From positions 864,001 through 928,000 of the forward strand of contig CAWCBP010000001.1 of the NCBI GenBank assembly GCA_963793865.1: 64,000 bases of DNA, written 5' to 3'. This document shows, piece after piece, positions 8,822 to 19,024 of the stretch. Source of the DNA: an uncultured delta proteobacterium (GTDB taxonomy: Bacteria; Desulfobacterota; WTBG01). The notes under the pieces were generated by a model. It saw nothing but the letters and a program-made list of their open reading frames with translations. It ran no database searches and was not told where the DNA came from. The position numbers were made by a program, and so were the translations under genes. How positions within the stretch are numbered: the first letter of the stretch is position 1; each line of letters starts with the position of its first letter.

Positions 8822-9589
8822 ATGATGTTCAAGGATAAGGTCGTTGTGGTAACAGGTGCAAGCCGTGGACTGGGCAGGGCTTTTGCGATGGCATTTGCAC
8901 GGGAAGGAGCAATGGTGACTGTTGCCGCCAGAACAGTGGAGAAGTCTCGTTTTATCGCCGGGACCATATATGAAACCGCCGATCAAATCGCAGCTGAAGG
9001 CGGAAAGGCGCTTCCCGTTCCTACCGACGTTGCCGATGAGCGGAGCGTTGATACTATGGTGCGGCAGACCCTCGAGGCATTTCATCGCATTGATATCCTG
9101 ATTAATAATGCCGCTACCAACCGGCCGGCATTATTTACCAGGCTGTCGCAAAAAAAATGGGATGAAATTCTGGGGGTGAATCTCCGCGGCACAGTCCTCT
9201 GCACCAGGGCGGTTCTCCCGCAGATGATGGAACAGAAGGGAGGCCACATTATTAATCTATCATCAATGGCCGCGCTTGAGCCGGGACATGATCCCATGAC
9301 CGGACTGGCCTATGATGTGAGCAAGGCGGCGGTAAACCGTTTTACCATAGGACTTGCCGAAGAACTGAAACCATATTCGATTGCCGTAAACGTGCTTATG
9401 GTGGACAACACCGTCACCGAAGGATGGTCGTATTTGAACCCTGCCGCTGACAAGTCATCATGGTATAAGCCGGAGATGTGGGCATCATACGCCTTGTATG
9501 TGGCAAGCAGGGACCCGTGCGCCTACACCGGGAGGATACTCGCCGAGCAGGATCTGAGAAAGGAAACTGCCCGGTCAGAAAATATCTGA
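8822..9589 (+). CDS. Short-chain dehydrogenase/reductase
   Basis: TGASRGLG, LINNAA, YDVSK catalytic motif. Confidence 0.93.
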   Translation: MMFKDKVVVVTGASRGLGRAFAMAFAREGAMVTVAARTVEKSRFIAGTIYETADQIAAEGGKALPVPTDVADERSVDTMVRQTLEAFHRIDILINNAATNRPALFTRLSQKKWDEILGVNLRGTVLCTRAVLPQMMEQKGGHIINLSSMAALEPGHDPMTGLAYDVSKAAVNRFTIGLAEELKPYSIAVNVLMVDNTVTEGWSYLNPAADKSSWYKPEMWASYALYVASRDPCAYTGRILAEQDLRKETARSENI

Positions 9590-9648
9590 TCGGGCAGTTG
9601 CGTTCACATAAAGAGCAGTGCGGCGGGATTTAAAACCCGTTTCCCTGC

Positions 9649-10584
9649 TTAGAATACCAGCATTAATCCGCTCAGTATTTGATAATCATATGCCTTGGGC
9701 TTGGTGGTCGGAACCTCAACCCCGCCGAGCAAATACCAGTTATTTCCCAGATGGGTCCTGAAACCGGGGGTAAGGCTGAGAGAGGTAGTCTTGGAATCAT
9801 CCCGATCATCCACTGCCTGGCTGTAATTGGCGGCGACATACGTGACAAAATCGCCAAAGGGTGCGGCGTCATGCTCGGTGAAATAATAGCCTGCGGCAAA
9901 GTTTCCCACGATTGCGGTACGGGCGCCGGTGTCGCGCTGATTATGTACCGGGATGGCCATTCCCAGCCCGCCGCGCAGCACAAGCCCTTTCCAATGATTT
10001 GTCCAGAACTGGTAATTCGGGGTGAGCACGGCAGAACGGTTCCCGTTATCTTTATCGCCGGTGGGTATGCGAATGGACAGGTTAAAGGATTCGGAGGCCG
10101 CCTTGGTTTCTGATAGAATGATGCGGGGAGTAATTTGCAGGTCGCCAAAGTCGGTATGACCGTCAAAGGAATCAACAAAGGGGACATCAAACTGCACTTC
10201 CAGTCGCCTGCTCAATGGGGCGTACAATGTGAGCCCGCCGGTGTAGCGATCGCCCAGCCGCTCAGCACCGTTTGAATAACCAAAGGTCCCGATGCCGAGG
10301 CGGTAGAAGACACCGTCTGATGCGTTGATCCACCCCTGGCGCGGAGCATAGCCTTCGCCGGTGGGAGGGCTCACCCACGGCTCATTCCAGCCTTCGCTAA
10401 AAAGTGTGTAAATGGACAGTGACTTCCATCGCTCGGGATTGGCATAGACATCACCGGTGAGTGATTCAGCGGCTGCCTGGCAAAAGCCGACCTCCTCAGC
10501 GATGGCGGCTCACGGGACAGAATAAAGCGCTGCCACAACCAGCCCAATAAACAATATCCTGCAAACGCTGCTTCTTCTCTTCAT
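9649..10584 (-). pseudogene. Outer-membrane beta-barrel/transporter-like protein with an in-frame TGA at codon 25
   Basis: GGAG RBS and ATG at 10584, signal peptide MKRRSSVCRILFIGLVVAALYSVP*, then the same frame continues (AAIAEEVG...WVSPPTG) to 9649. Alternating beta strands, PTGD motif, terminal Phe. Confidence 0.65.
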
Positions 10585-10636
10585 AGTATCCTCCTTTTCT
10601 GTTAGCTGCATCGTTATAGCACACTTTTAATTTTGC

Positions 10637-10665
10637 ATTCTAATAAATTTGTTATGTTATGTCAA
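10637..10665 (-). promoter_or_regulatory. sigma70-type promoter
   Basis: TTGACA-17 nt-TAGAAT on the minus strand, upstream of the 10584 ATG. Confidence 0.7.
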
Positions 10666-10715
10666 CCGTTTCAAATATTTTCTTGGAAAGGGTGGCATAC
10701 TGACGAAATGCCCGG

Positions 10716-11387
10716 TCAGTCATCGCAAAGCGCAGAGAGTTGTTCAGGAAGCATGGCAAGAGAATCGATAATATAGTGAGGCTGTTCCTCGGCAAGATCC
10801 TGCCGGCTGGCGACCCCGGTGGGGATGGCTATTGAGATGACTCCCGCGGATCTGGCGGCGATGATGTCCGCGCGGGAATCGCCGACGAACACGCACGCAT
10901 CAGGCGTGAGGCCCAGATCCAATACGCATTTGATAAGTGATGCCGGGTCAGGCTTGGGCCTGGTTTCTCCGGCAGTGACGACAGCGTCAACCAGGTCGTC
11001 GATTTGTAAATTCCTCAGCTCCCGCCATTTGGAATCTCCCTCCGACATCCTGCCGGTGGCAATGCCTATCTTCTTGCCCTGTTCTTTCAGTTCACCCAAT
11101 ACTTCCTTTGCGTGCGGCTTGAGGGTGATGTGTTCCGCCGAAAGGGCGATGAATTCGTTTCTCATCTCCTTCATGAACCCAGCCCTCGCTTCAGCGCTCA
11201 GGTGAGGGTAGGTTCTGTGCAGCATCTGATCGAGTGAAATAAATTGATTCATCAGATCGGTCATTTCGCGGAGGTCAATCGGCAGCAGGCGGTGCCGGTC
11301 CACCGTCCGGTTGAAGGCCATGGTATATGCAGTAAGTGAATCAATCAGTGTCCCGTCCAGGTCGAAAATGACGCCGTTAAGTCTCAT
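10716..11387 (-). CDS. HAD-family hydrolase (phosphoglycolate phosphatase-like)
   Basis: FDLDGTLIDS, KPDP, FVGDS-x2-DI. Confidence 0.9.
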   Translation of the reverse strand: MRLNGVIFDLDGTLIDSLTAYTMAFNRTVDRHRLLPIDLREMTDLMNQFISLDQMLHRTYPHLSAEARAGFMKEMRNEFIALSAEHITLKPHAKEVLGELKEQGKKIGIATGRMSEGDSKWRELRNLQIDDLVDAVVTAGETRPKPDPASLIKCVLDLGLTPDACVFVGDSRADIIAARSAGVISIAIPTGVASRQDLAEEQPHYIIDSLAMLPEQLSALCDD

Positions 11388-11404
11388 TCATCAATCATCC
11401 TTTA

Positions 11405-12685
11405 TCATGCATCGGCTTGCGCGGAAGCCGTCAGTGTCCACGCTTCATCAGGGTATGCTTTCAGGGCGCGTATCCGCTGGAGCACCGGGGGATGGCTGTA
11501 GCTGAGAAATACTTTAACGGGATGGGGGGTTAAATTGGAGAGGTTGTCAACGGTCAGTTTTTTCAGGGCGGCGATCATGGACGACGGCTTTTTGTAGGTT
11601 GGGCGCCGCGTAGGCGTCAGCCTCGAATTCATATTTTCTCGACAGGATTTTTCCCGCGATGGAAAGTAGCAGGGAAATGGGGGTGTAGAGAAAAGCGAAG
11701 AAGAAGAGGCTGGCATATATGGATGTGTGCTCCATTTGAAATGCGCTGAACAACCCCCGGTTGTTAATGAAACAGGGATAGAATAAAAAACATGAGTCCG
11801 GTGGTAAGGATTGAAAGCAGAAGGGATTTTACAATGTGCCGCTTTTTATAGTGGCCCATTTCATGGGCGAGAATTGAAACCAGCTCGCCCACGGTATGTT
11901 TTTTAACCAGGGTGTCGTAGAGTACGATCCTGCGGTATTTACCGAACCCGATGAAGAAGGCGTTGGACTTGGCTGAGCGCCGGGAAGCATCCATGACGAA
12001 AACGCCCCTCAAGGCAAAATTATGCTCCCGTGCGTAGCGGAGTATCGCATCTTTCAGTTCGCCGTCCTCCAGCGGGTAAAATTTATTGAAGAGAGGAAGA
12101 ATGATTATCGGAGCCAGGTAGGTAATGATGAGCTGAAAGATGACCACCGCCAGCCAGCAGTAGACCCAGGCGAAGGCCCCGGTTTGTTCAAAAAACCAGA
12201 GTATGCAGGAGAAGATGATGCCTCCGATGAGCAGGGTCAAGAAGCCAGCTCTTGAGAATATCCAGGACAAAGGTTTTCGGGGTGGTTCGATTGAATCCGT
12301 ATTTTTCCTCAATGACAAAGGTGCTGTAGATGGAGGGGGGAATGGAGAGCAGCTGTGAGGCCAGCATGAGCATCCCCGCGAAAATAAGGCCGGTGGGAAT
12401 GGGGCCCCAGCCGAAACTCCGGGCAGCCAGGTCCACCAGATTAAAACCCCCCAGGAGAATGAAGGCGACGGTGATGGGCGTGGTAATCGCATCCACCAGC
12501 AAACGAAACCGGGTGTTCTCCCTCAGGTAGTCCTGTGATTTCCGGTAGCGCTCCGCGTCATACCATCCTTCGAATTCTTCCGGCAGGGTTGTGCTCAGGT
12601 GCCTCATGTTGAGCGAATCAACCACAAGCCCCAGGATGAAATCGCCGGCGATGATAAGCAGAATGATGACCAGGTATGAGTTCAA
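11405..12685 (-). pseudogene. M48 (Ste24/HtpX-like) zinc metalloprotease, split by three frameshifts
   Basis: Consecutive frames give EEKYGFNRTT, SNAFF-x-G, LAHEMGH, EFEADAYA and SHPP. Shifts near 12240, 11770 and 11600. Confidence 0.85.
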
Positions 12686-12767
12686 TTCCTCAATCTCTTT
12701 CGGATATTAAATTAAGCTAACGAGTATCGACCTCAAAGTTCATACATAAGTAATCAGTGACATACAC

Positions 12768-12906
12768 TGTCATTCGAGGCGCAGCCGAAGCAATCTCCTG
12801 CTTTATAACATGTGCATTGATTGTATAAGATTCTTCGTCGGCTTTTACTCCTGAGCTGATAACACAAGATTCTGTCATTGCGCGCAGAATGACAAGCGGC
12901 AATCTC
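12768..12906. repeat. Degenerate palindromic extragenic repeats (TGTCATT...GCAATCTC units)
   Basis: Two direct units, TGTCATTCGAG...GCAATCTC and TGTCATTGCG...GCAATCTC, flank a decayed inverted unit (AGATTCTTCGTCG...). Confidence 0.5.
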
Positions 12907-13014
12907 GTTATTGGACAAAGAGGGTATCCTCCTCATATAAGATACATTGATCTCATCGGTGAAAGGGGCGACCGTCGATCCATAAGCTTATCAGCCGTAA
13001 TAAAAGTCAACCTT

Positions 13015-14113
13015 TCAACGAGGCATCATCAGGAATGCAGTGATAAACTGATCAATGTCGCCGTCAAGGACCGCGTCCACATTGCCCATTTCCAGGTTGG
13101 TGCGGTGATCCTTCACCAGCCGGTAGGGCTGCAGCACGTATGATCGTATCTGGCTGCCCCAGGCAATAGCCTTCTTCGAGCTGTGCAGCTCATCAATCTT
13201 CTTTGCCTGCTCCTTGAGCTGCTCTTCGTACAGGCGGGCCTTTAAGACCTTCATGGCCATGGCCTTGTTTTTATGCTGGGAGCGCTCGTTCTGGCACTGG
13301 GCCACTATGCCGGTCGGCAGATGGGTAATTCTCACGGCGGAATCGGTTTTGTTGACATGCTGGCCGCCGGCTCCGCTGGATCTGAAGGTGTCAATGCGCA
13401 GCTCGGATTCGTCGATATCGACCACAATTTCGTCCTCGATGTCGGGATAAATAAAAACCGAGGCGAAGGAGGTATGCCGCCGCTTGCCGGCATCGTAGGG
13501 CGAGATGCGCACCAGGCGGTGAATGCCCGCCTCGGCCTTGAGATAGCCGTAGCTGTAATCGCCGGTGACCGAAAAGGTGACATTTTTTATCCCCGCTTCA
13601 TCGCCGGCGAGAATTTCAATTATCTCCGCCTTGAGGCCCTTTTTTTCCGCCCACCGCAGGTACATGCGCAGCAGCATTTCCGCCCAGTCCTGGGCCTCTG
13701 TTCCCCCCGCGCCGGCATTGATGTTCACGAAGGCATTGTTAATATCATGCTCTTCCTTGAGCATGTGCCGGAATTCAACTTCGGCTACCGCTTTTTCAAT
13801 CGCTGTAAGGTTGGCTTCTATTTCCCGGGCTACCGCCTCATCGTTTTCTTCGCGGGCAAGTTCAAGCAGAATCAGGTTGTCTTCACATTGCGCATGAAGG
13901 TGCTTCCATGTGTCGAGAACCGTGCTTACCACCTTTCTTTCCTTTAAAAGGGTCCGGGCCAGCGCGTTGTCATCCCAGAAGTCCGGCTGCTCTATTTTTT
14001 TCCCCAGTTCGCAGAACCGTTTTTCCTGGTCGTCTACTTCAAAGATAACCTCTTAATCCGTTTATTTTATTGGTTATTTCCTGCAACCGGGATTCAAGAT
14101 CATTAAAAGACAT
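13015..14113 (-). CDS. prfB: Peptide chain release factor 2 with programmed +1 frameshift
   Basis: GAGGTEAQDWA, SPY anticodon mimic, SGAGGQHVN. The 5' ORF from ATG 14113 ends AGAGGT-TAT-CTT-TGA-A, and the +1 frame continues EVDDQEKR...FWDD. Confidence 0.96.
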
Positions 14114-14178
14114 TGTACCTCCTTCGACTGTTTGCCATCACAAATGTACGGATACGATACTTTATTTGAACCCATTTA

Positions 14179-15708
14179 TCAAATTGATTTTACAAACGAT
14201 TTTTTGACGGCCGCCGCCAGCAGCATCATGGCCGCAAAGGTGATTGAAATTGCGAAAACGTCCCCGTATCTTGTGTACAGGGTGGTGAGCTGAAGAGGGC
14301 TTACGCTGCCGATCAAAGAAGCCTCGGAGAAGACGGCGCTTGCCGCCTCTATTTCACCGAGGGGAGATATAATGCCGCTGATCCCGGTATTGGCCGCCCT
14401 GGCGATATACCGTTTGTTTTCAATTGCCCTGACAACCGCCATGGAAAAATGCTGATAAGGGGCGCTGGTGTTGCCGAACCATGCATCATTGGTGATGTTG
14501 ACCAGAAAGTCCGCCCCCTGTTTCACGAAGCGCCGGGTGAGATCGGGGAAGATAATTTCATAGCAGATGAGCACACCGAAATCAGAGTCCGGCAGCGGCA
14601 TCAGGGAAATGCTTTTACCCGGCCTGAAGTCTCCGATCCCCTCGACCATTTTATCCACAAAAAAGAAGAGCCCTTTCAGGGGGACGTATTCGCCGTAGGG
14701 GACAAGATGCATTTTGTCATACCGCCCCGCGATGCCTGCATCGGGGGAAAGCAGAAAGGCGCTGTTAAAGCTGATGAGACGCCTGTTTTCCGCCGCGAAC
14801 GCGGGACTTCCGATGAGAAGATACGCATCCCGGTTTCGGATGAGATCGAACAATGCCTGCTGATAGTATGGCTCATTTTGAAAGTAGAACGGTGTGGCCG
14901 ATTCCGGCCAGATGACCAGCTTTGCCCCCGCCTCCAGCGCGCTTCGGGTTAATGCCCGGTGTCTGTTGAGGGTCTCATCCAAAAAGTTCTTGTCCCACTT
15001 TATGTCCTGCGCGACGTTGCCCTGGACCAGGCCGACATCAATCGGAGATGATGCAGGGGACAGCACTGAGACTTCCTGAATCCTGAACCTGCCATAAAGA
15101 AATATTGCAGCCAGCATGGCAATGGTCAGCGCAACGGATCTCCAGGGAATCCTTGTGAGGGCAATGCCCCGAATGAGCAGGTACACCGCCGCATTGACCC
15201 AGACGACTAAAAAACTGATGCCGTACACGCCGGTAATGTCCGCGCATTGCATGAGCGTCAGTTGCCGATACTGGGAATAGCCGAGATTCTCCCAGGGGAA
15301 ACCGCTGAAGAGAAAGGAGCGCGCGTATTCCAGCGCCACCCAGAAGAAAGGAAGCAGCAGCGGAAAGGGAAGGGAGGATTTTACCTCCACGAAACGGGCC
15401 AGGGCGAAGGAAACTCCCATGTACAGGGCCAGATAACCGGAGAGCAGAAGCATGAGCACGATTCCCACCGGATAGGGAAGCTTGCCGTAGGTGGTGGTAA
15501 CCACCACAATCCAGTAGATAAGGCCGGTGTAGAAAAGAAAGCCGGACAGCCACCCCAGAAGAAAGCATCGGTACGTGCTCCTGCCTTCCATGATGTAGAT
15601 GAGCGGGACCAGGGCGAACCAGATGCAAAACGGCTGTTCAATCCCGGGAAAGCTCATGACCAGCAGGAATGCAGAGGTGACGATCAGAAAAAATGTTTTT
15701 GTGCGCAT
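14179..15708 (-). CDS. lnt: Apolipoprotein N-acyltransferase
   Basis: GFPW, VQGN, WPESA, YDKMHLVPYGEY, ICYE, TNDAWFG, RAANTGIS. Confidence 0.96.
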   Translation of the reverse strand: MRTKTFFLIVTSAFLLVMSFPGIEQPFCIWFALVPLIYIMEGRSTYRCFLLGWLSGFLFYTGLIYWIVVVTTTYGKLPYPVGIVLMLLLSGYLALYMGVSFALARFVEVKSSLPFPLLLPFFWVALEYARSFLFSGFPWENLGYSQYRQLTLMQCADITGVYGISFLVVWVNAAVYLLIRGIALTRIPWRSVALTIAMLAAIFLYGRFRIQEVSVLSPASSPIDVGLVQGNVAQDIKWDKNFLDETLNRHRALTRSALEAGAKLVIWPESATPFYFQNEPYYQQALFDLIRNRDAYLLIGSPAFAAENRRLISFNSAFLLSPDAGIAGRYDKMHLVPYGEYVPLKGLFFFVDKMVEGIGDFRPGKSISLMPLPDSDFGVLICYEIIFPDLTRRFVKQGADFLVNITNDAWFGNTSAPYQHFSMAVVRAIENKRYIARAANTGISGIISPLGEIEAASAVFSEASLIGSVSPLQLTTLYTRYGDVFAISITFAAMMLLAAAVKKSFVKSI

Positions 15709-15803
15709 ATGCTCATGTGTGCGTGAATAATGTGAACAACGCCGGAGCGGATACAGGTGCACCAACCCGGGCAGCGTGACGGCCGGTGACTCTCGGCCTG
15801 CTC

Positions 15804-15831
15804 ATAATAGCAGCAAAAAAATACCGGTCAA
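15804..15831 (-). promoter_or_regulatory. Putative sigma70 promoter for lnt
   Basis: TTGACC-16 nt-TATTAT with a TGn extension on the minus strand. Confidence 0.45.
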
Positions 15832-15885
15832 ATAAAATCTCAAAATCACTGCGGGCGGTTCCATGAGCGCCGGGGGTAATTTCAA

Positions 15886-15914
15886 TTGACAATTGCAGGT
15901 GGCGATTTTAATAT
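15886..15914 (+). promoter_or_regulatory. sigma70-type promoter for the acyl-CoA ligase
   Basis: TTGACA-17 nt-TAATAT. Confidence 0.6.
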
Positions 15915-15962
15915 GGTCAACGTTTCAAAGCGACAGCATCCATCAGAGGAGACGGATAGAGC

Positions 15963-17621
15963 TTGAATAAACTGTGGGAAAATCATTATACAGCGGAGGT
16001 GCCCGGCACTCTTTCGTATCCGGATAACCCCATCGATCACTTTTTGCGCGAGAGCGCCCGGTCGTTTCCGGATCGCCCCGCCCTCATTTTTGAGGGAGCC
16101 AGGATCAGCTACCGAAGTCTTGACGCGCAGGTTGACGGCTGTGCCGCAGGGCTGCATAAGCTCGGCGTGAGGAAGGGCGACCGGGTCGCCCTGCTGCTGC
16201 CGAACTGTCCTCCCGCGGTCATTTCCTTCTACGCCATCTTCAGGCTGGGGGCGATTGCCGTTCCGATTAACCCCCTGTATCAGGAGCGGGAGATTGCAAA
16301 GCAGATTGAAGACGCCGGTGCCCGCGTGCTGATTACCCTGGACCTTTTTTCCGCCCGCGCACAGGCGGTGATGGGCCGGTCGCCCGGCAGCATCTGCGTC
16401 GTCGGCGCGGTTTCGGATTATCTCCCGGCGCTGAAGAAAATGGTCTATCCCCTGCTCAAGCCGAAAGAGGGCGGTGCGGCACGGCGTGAGCGGAGCTGCG
16501 AAACGGTTGTATTTCGCGATCTCATGCTGCAGCGGTCGCCGCCGGCGACCGAAATCGCCCCTGGAGACATAGCCATTCTACAGTACACGGGCGGTACCAC
16601 CGGCATCTCCAAAGGCGCGGAGCTCACCCATGGCAATATTGTGTCCAACACCGCGCAGATGGCTGCATGGTATTACATCATCAGGCGAGGCCGTGAAGTA
16701 TTCCTGACGGTACTGCCGCTATTCCACACCTATGGGATTGCCGTGTGCATGAATCTTTCGATTGCCACTGCCGGCTCCATGGTGCTGATTCCCCGCTTCG
16801 CACCGCGGGACGTGCTCAAGGCCATCAAGGAATACGGTGTCACCTTTTTTCCGGGCATACCTGGTATTTATGCTGCGCTGAACAATTATCGGGACATCGA
16901 AAAATGGGATATCTCTTCGGTCAGGTACTGCGTCTCCGGATCGGCCCCGCTTCCGGTGCAGGTGCTGAAGGATTTTGAAAGACGAACCGGCGGGATCATT
17001 TTGGAGGGCTATGGTCTCACCGAAGCCTCCCCGGTCACCCATTCCAACCCGGTGCACCGGGAACGGAAGGCGGGGAGCATCGGTCTTCCCCTGGCCGATA
17101 CCGACTGCAAAATTGTCGACCTGACTGACGGCTCCCGCGAAGTGGAGGTGGGAGAGGCCGGCGAGCTGTGCATCAGGGGGCCGCAGGTGATGAAGGGCTA
17201 CTGGCGCAATCCGGATGAAACAGCCCGGGCGCTGAGAGACGGCTGGCTTCATACCGGGGATATCGCGCGGATGGATACGGAAGGGTACTTTTATATCGTG
17301 GAGCGAAAGAAAGACATGATCATTTCCGAGGGATTCAATGTTTATCCCAACGAAATCGACGAGGTGGTGCTGATGCATCCCCTGGTTGCCGATGCCGGCG
17401 CGGTAGGAGTTCCGGACAGCCTGCGGGGGGAAAAGGTGGTTCTCTTCGTTGTTCTCAAGGAGGGAATGCAGGCATCACAGGATGAGCTGCTCGCATACTG
17501 CCGGGAACACCTGGCGAAGTACAAGGTGCCAAAAAAAATCATCTTTAAAAGTGAATTGCCGAAGACAGCGGTGGGAAAAGTTTTGCGGCGGACATTGCGG
17601 GATGAGGCCATGCTCTCGTGA
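15963..17621 (+). CDS. Long-chain fatty acid-CoA ligase
   Basis: YTGGTTGISKG, EGYGLTE, GWLHTGD, LPKTAVGK. Confidence 0.93.
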   Translation: MNKLWENHYTAEVPGTLSYPDNPIDHFLRESARSFPDRPALIFEGARISYRSLDAQVDGCAAGLHKLGVRKGDRVALLLPNCPPAVISFYAIFRLGAIAVPINPLYQEREIAKQIEDAGARVLITLDLFSARAQAVMGRSPGSICVVGAVSDYLPALKKMVYPLLKPKEGGAARRERSCETVVFRDLMLQRSPPATEIAPGDIAILQYTGGTTGISKGAELTHGNIVSNTAQMAAWYYIIRRGREVFLTVLPLFHTYGIAVCMNLSIATAGSMVLIPRFAPRDVLKAIKEYGVTFFPGIPGIYAALNNYRDIEKWDISSVRYCVSGSAPLPVQVLKDFERRTGGIILEGYGLTEASPVTHSNPVHRERKAGSIGLPLADTDCKIVDLTDGSREVEVGEAGELCIRGPQVMKGYWRNPDETARALRDGWLHTGDIARMDTEGYFYIVERKKDMIISEGFNVYPNEIDEVVLMHPLVADAGAVGVPDSLRGEKVVLFVVLKEGMQASQDELLAYCREHLAKYKVPKKIIFKSELPKTAVGKVLRRTLRDEAMLS

Positions 17622-17669
17622 TGCGTGGTCGCATTCATCAGGTTTACAGCTGCCAAAGGGGGAGTGCCG

Positions 17670-18995
17670 ATGATTGAGCGCTACAGCAGGGAAGAGATGG
17701 CCCGAATATGGAGGGCCGAAAACAGGTTCCGAAAATGGCTTGATGTTGAGCTGTGCGTCTGTGAAGCGCTTAACCGCCTGGGGAAAATCCCCGATGCCTC
17801 GTGGAAGACCATTAAGAAAAAGGCCTCCTTTGACGTGGCCCGCATTGACGCCATTGAGGCAGAAACCAAGCATGACGTCATCGCCTTTCTCACCAGCGTG
17901 GGGGAGCATGTCGGACCCGATGCGCGGTACATTCATCTGGGACTGACCTCATCGGATATCCTGGATACGGCCTTTTCGCTGCAGCTGCGCGAGGCGGCGG
18001 ACCTGATACTAAAGGACATGGAGCGGCTGCTTGCGGTTCTCGAGACAAAGGCCCGGGAGCACAAAAATACGGTGATGATCGGTCGGACGCACGGCATCCA
18101 CGCTGAGCCGATTACCTTCGGCCTGAAAATGGCACTCTGGTATGAAGAGATGAAGAGACATCGTGAGCGGATGCAGGCCGCCAGGGAATCGATCAGCTAT
18201 GGCAAGATTTCCGGCGCGGTCGGCACCTATGCCCACGTGCCGCCCTCGGTGGAGGAATACGTGTGCCGGAAGCTCATGTTGAAGCCCGACCCGGTGTCGA
18301 CGCAGATTATTCAGCGGGACCGGCACGCGCACTATTTTACCACCCTCGCCCTCATCGCCAGCTCGCTCGATCGCTTTGCCCAGGAGATCAGGCACCTGCA
18401 GCGGACCGAGGTAAGCGAGGCCGAGGAATATTTTTCGCCGGGCCAGAAGGGATCGTCGGCAATGCCCCACAAGCGCAACCCCATACTCTCGGAAAATGTC
18501 TCCGGGCTTGCCCGCCTGGTTCGAGGCTACGCGCTCACCGCGCTGGAAAACGTCCCGCTCTGGCACGAGCGGGACATCAGCCACAGCTCGGCGGAGCGGG
18601 TCATCGGGCCGGACAGCACCATCGTGATTGATTTCATGCTTAATCGCTTTACCCGGCTGATCGACGGGCTGGTGATTTATCCCCACCGGATGAAGCGGAA
18701 CCTGGAGCTTACCAACGGCATCTTTTACTCCCAGACCATAATGCTGATGCTGGTCGATAAAGGGATGAGCAGGGAAGATGCCTACCGCCTGGTGCAGAAA
18801 ATCGCCCACCGGGCATGGGACACCGGCCGGGACTTTGTGCCGCTCGTGCTCAAGGACCGGGAGATCATGACGCATCTCAACCGCAAGGAGATAGAGCGGA
18901 CCTGCACGCTGGAACGGCATCTGCAAGCGGTCGACGGGATTTTCAAGCGGGTGTTTAAGCACACGCGCTCAACCGGGCAGAAAATGAAAAAATGA
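17670..18995 (+). CDS. purB: Adenylosuccinate lyase
   Basis: MIERYSR, TKHDVIAF, GRTHGIHAEP, GSSAMPHKRNP. Confidence 0.97.
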   Translation: MIERYSREEMARIWRAENRFRKWLDVELCVCEALNRLGKIPDASWKTIKKKASFDVARIDAIEAETKHDVIAFLTSVGEHVGPDARYIHLGLTSSDILDTAFSLQLREAADLILKDMERLLAVLETKAREHKNTVMIGRTHGIHAEPITFGLKMALWYEEMKRHRERMQAARESISYGKISGAVGTYAHVPPSVEEYVCRKLMLKPDPVSTQIIQRDRHAHYFTTLALIASSLDRFAQEIRHLQRTEVSEAEEYFSPGQKGSSAMPHKRNPILSENVSGLARLVRGYALTALENVPLWHERDISHSSAERVIGPDSTIVIDFMLNRFTRLIDGLVIYPHRMKRNLELTNGIFYSQTIMLMLVDKGMSREDAYRLVQKIAHRAWDTGRDFVPLVLKDREIMTHLNRKEIERTCTLERHLQAVDGIFKRVFKHTRSTGQKMKK

Positions 18996-19024
18996 ATCGG
19001 CAATTGGCCGGGCGGGTGTAAGCC

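Noticed and set aside
10510..10512. Selenocysteine at the in-frame TGA
   Set aside because: The codon falls in a signal peptide, there is no redox motif, and I see no convincing SECIS hairpin.
12717..13143. Short ORFs between the M48 gene and prfB
   Set aside because: They are translations of palindromic repeats or antisense to prfB.
18009..18962. Long antisense ORFs (also 55463-56623, 32843-33628, 13273-13947)
   Set aside because: Shadow frames of conserved GC-rich genes, with no motifs of their own.
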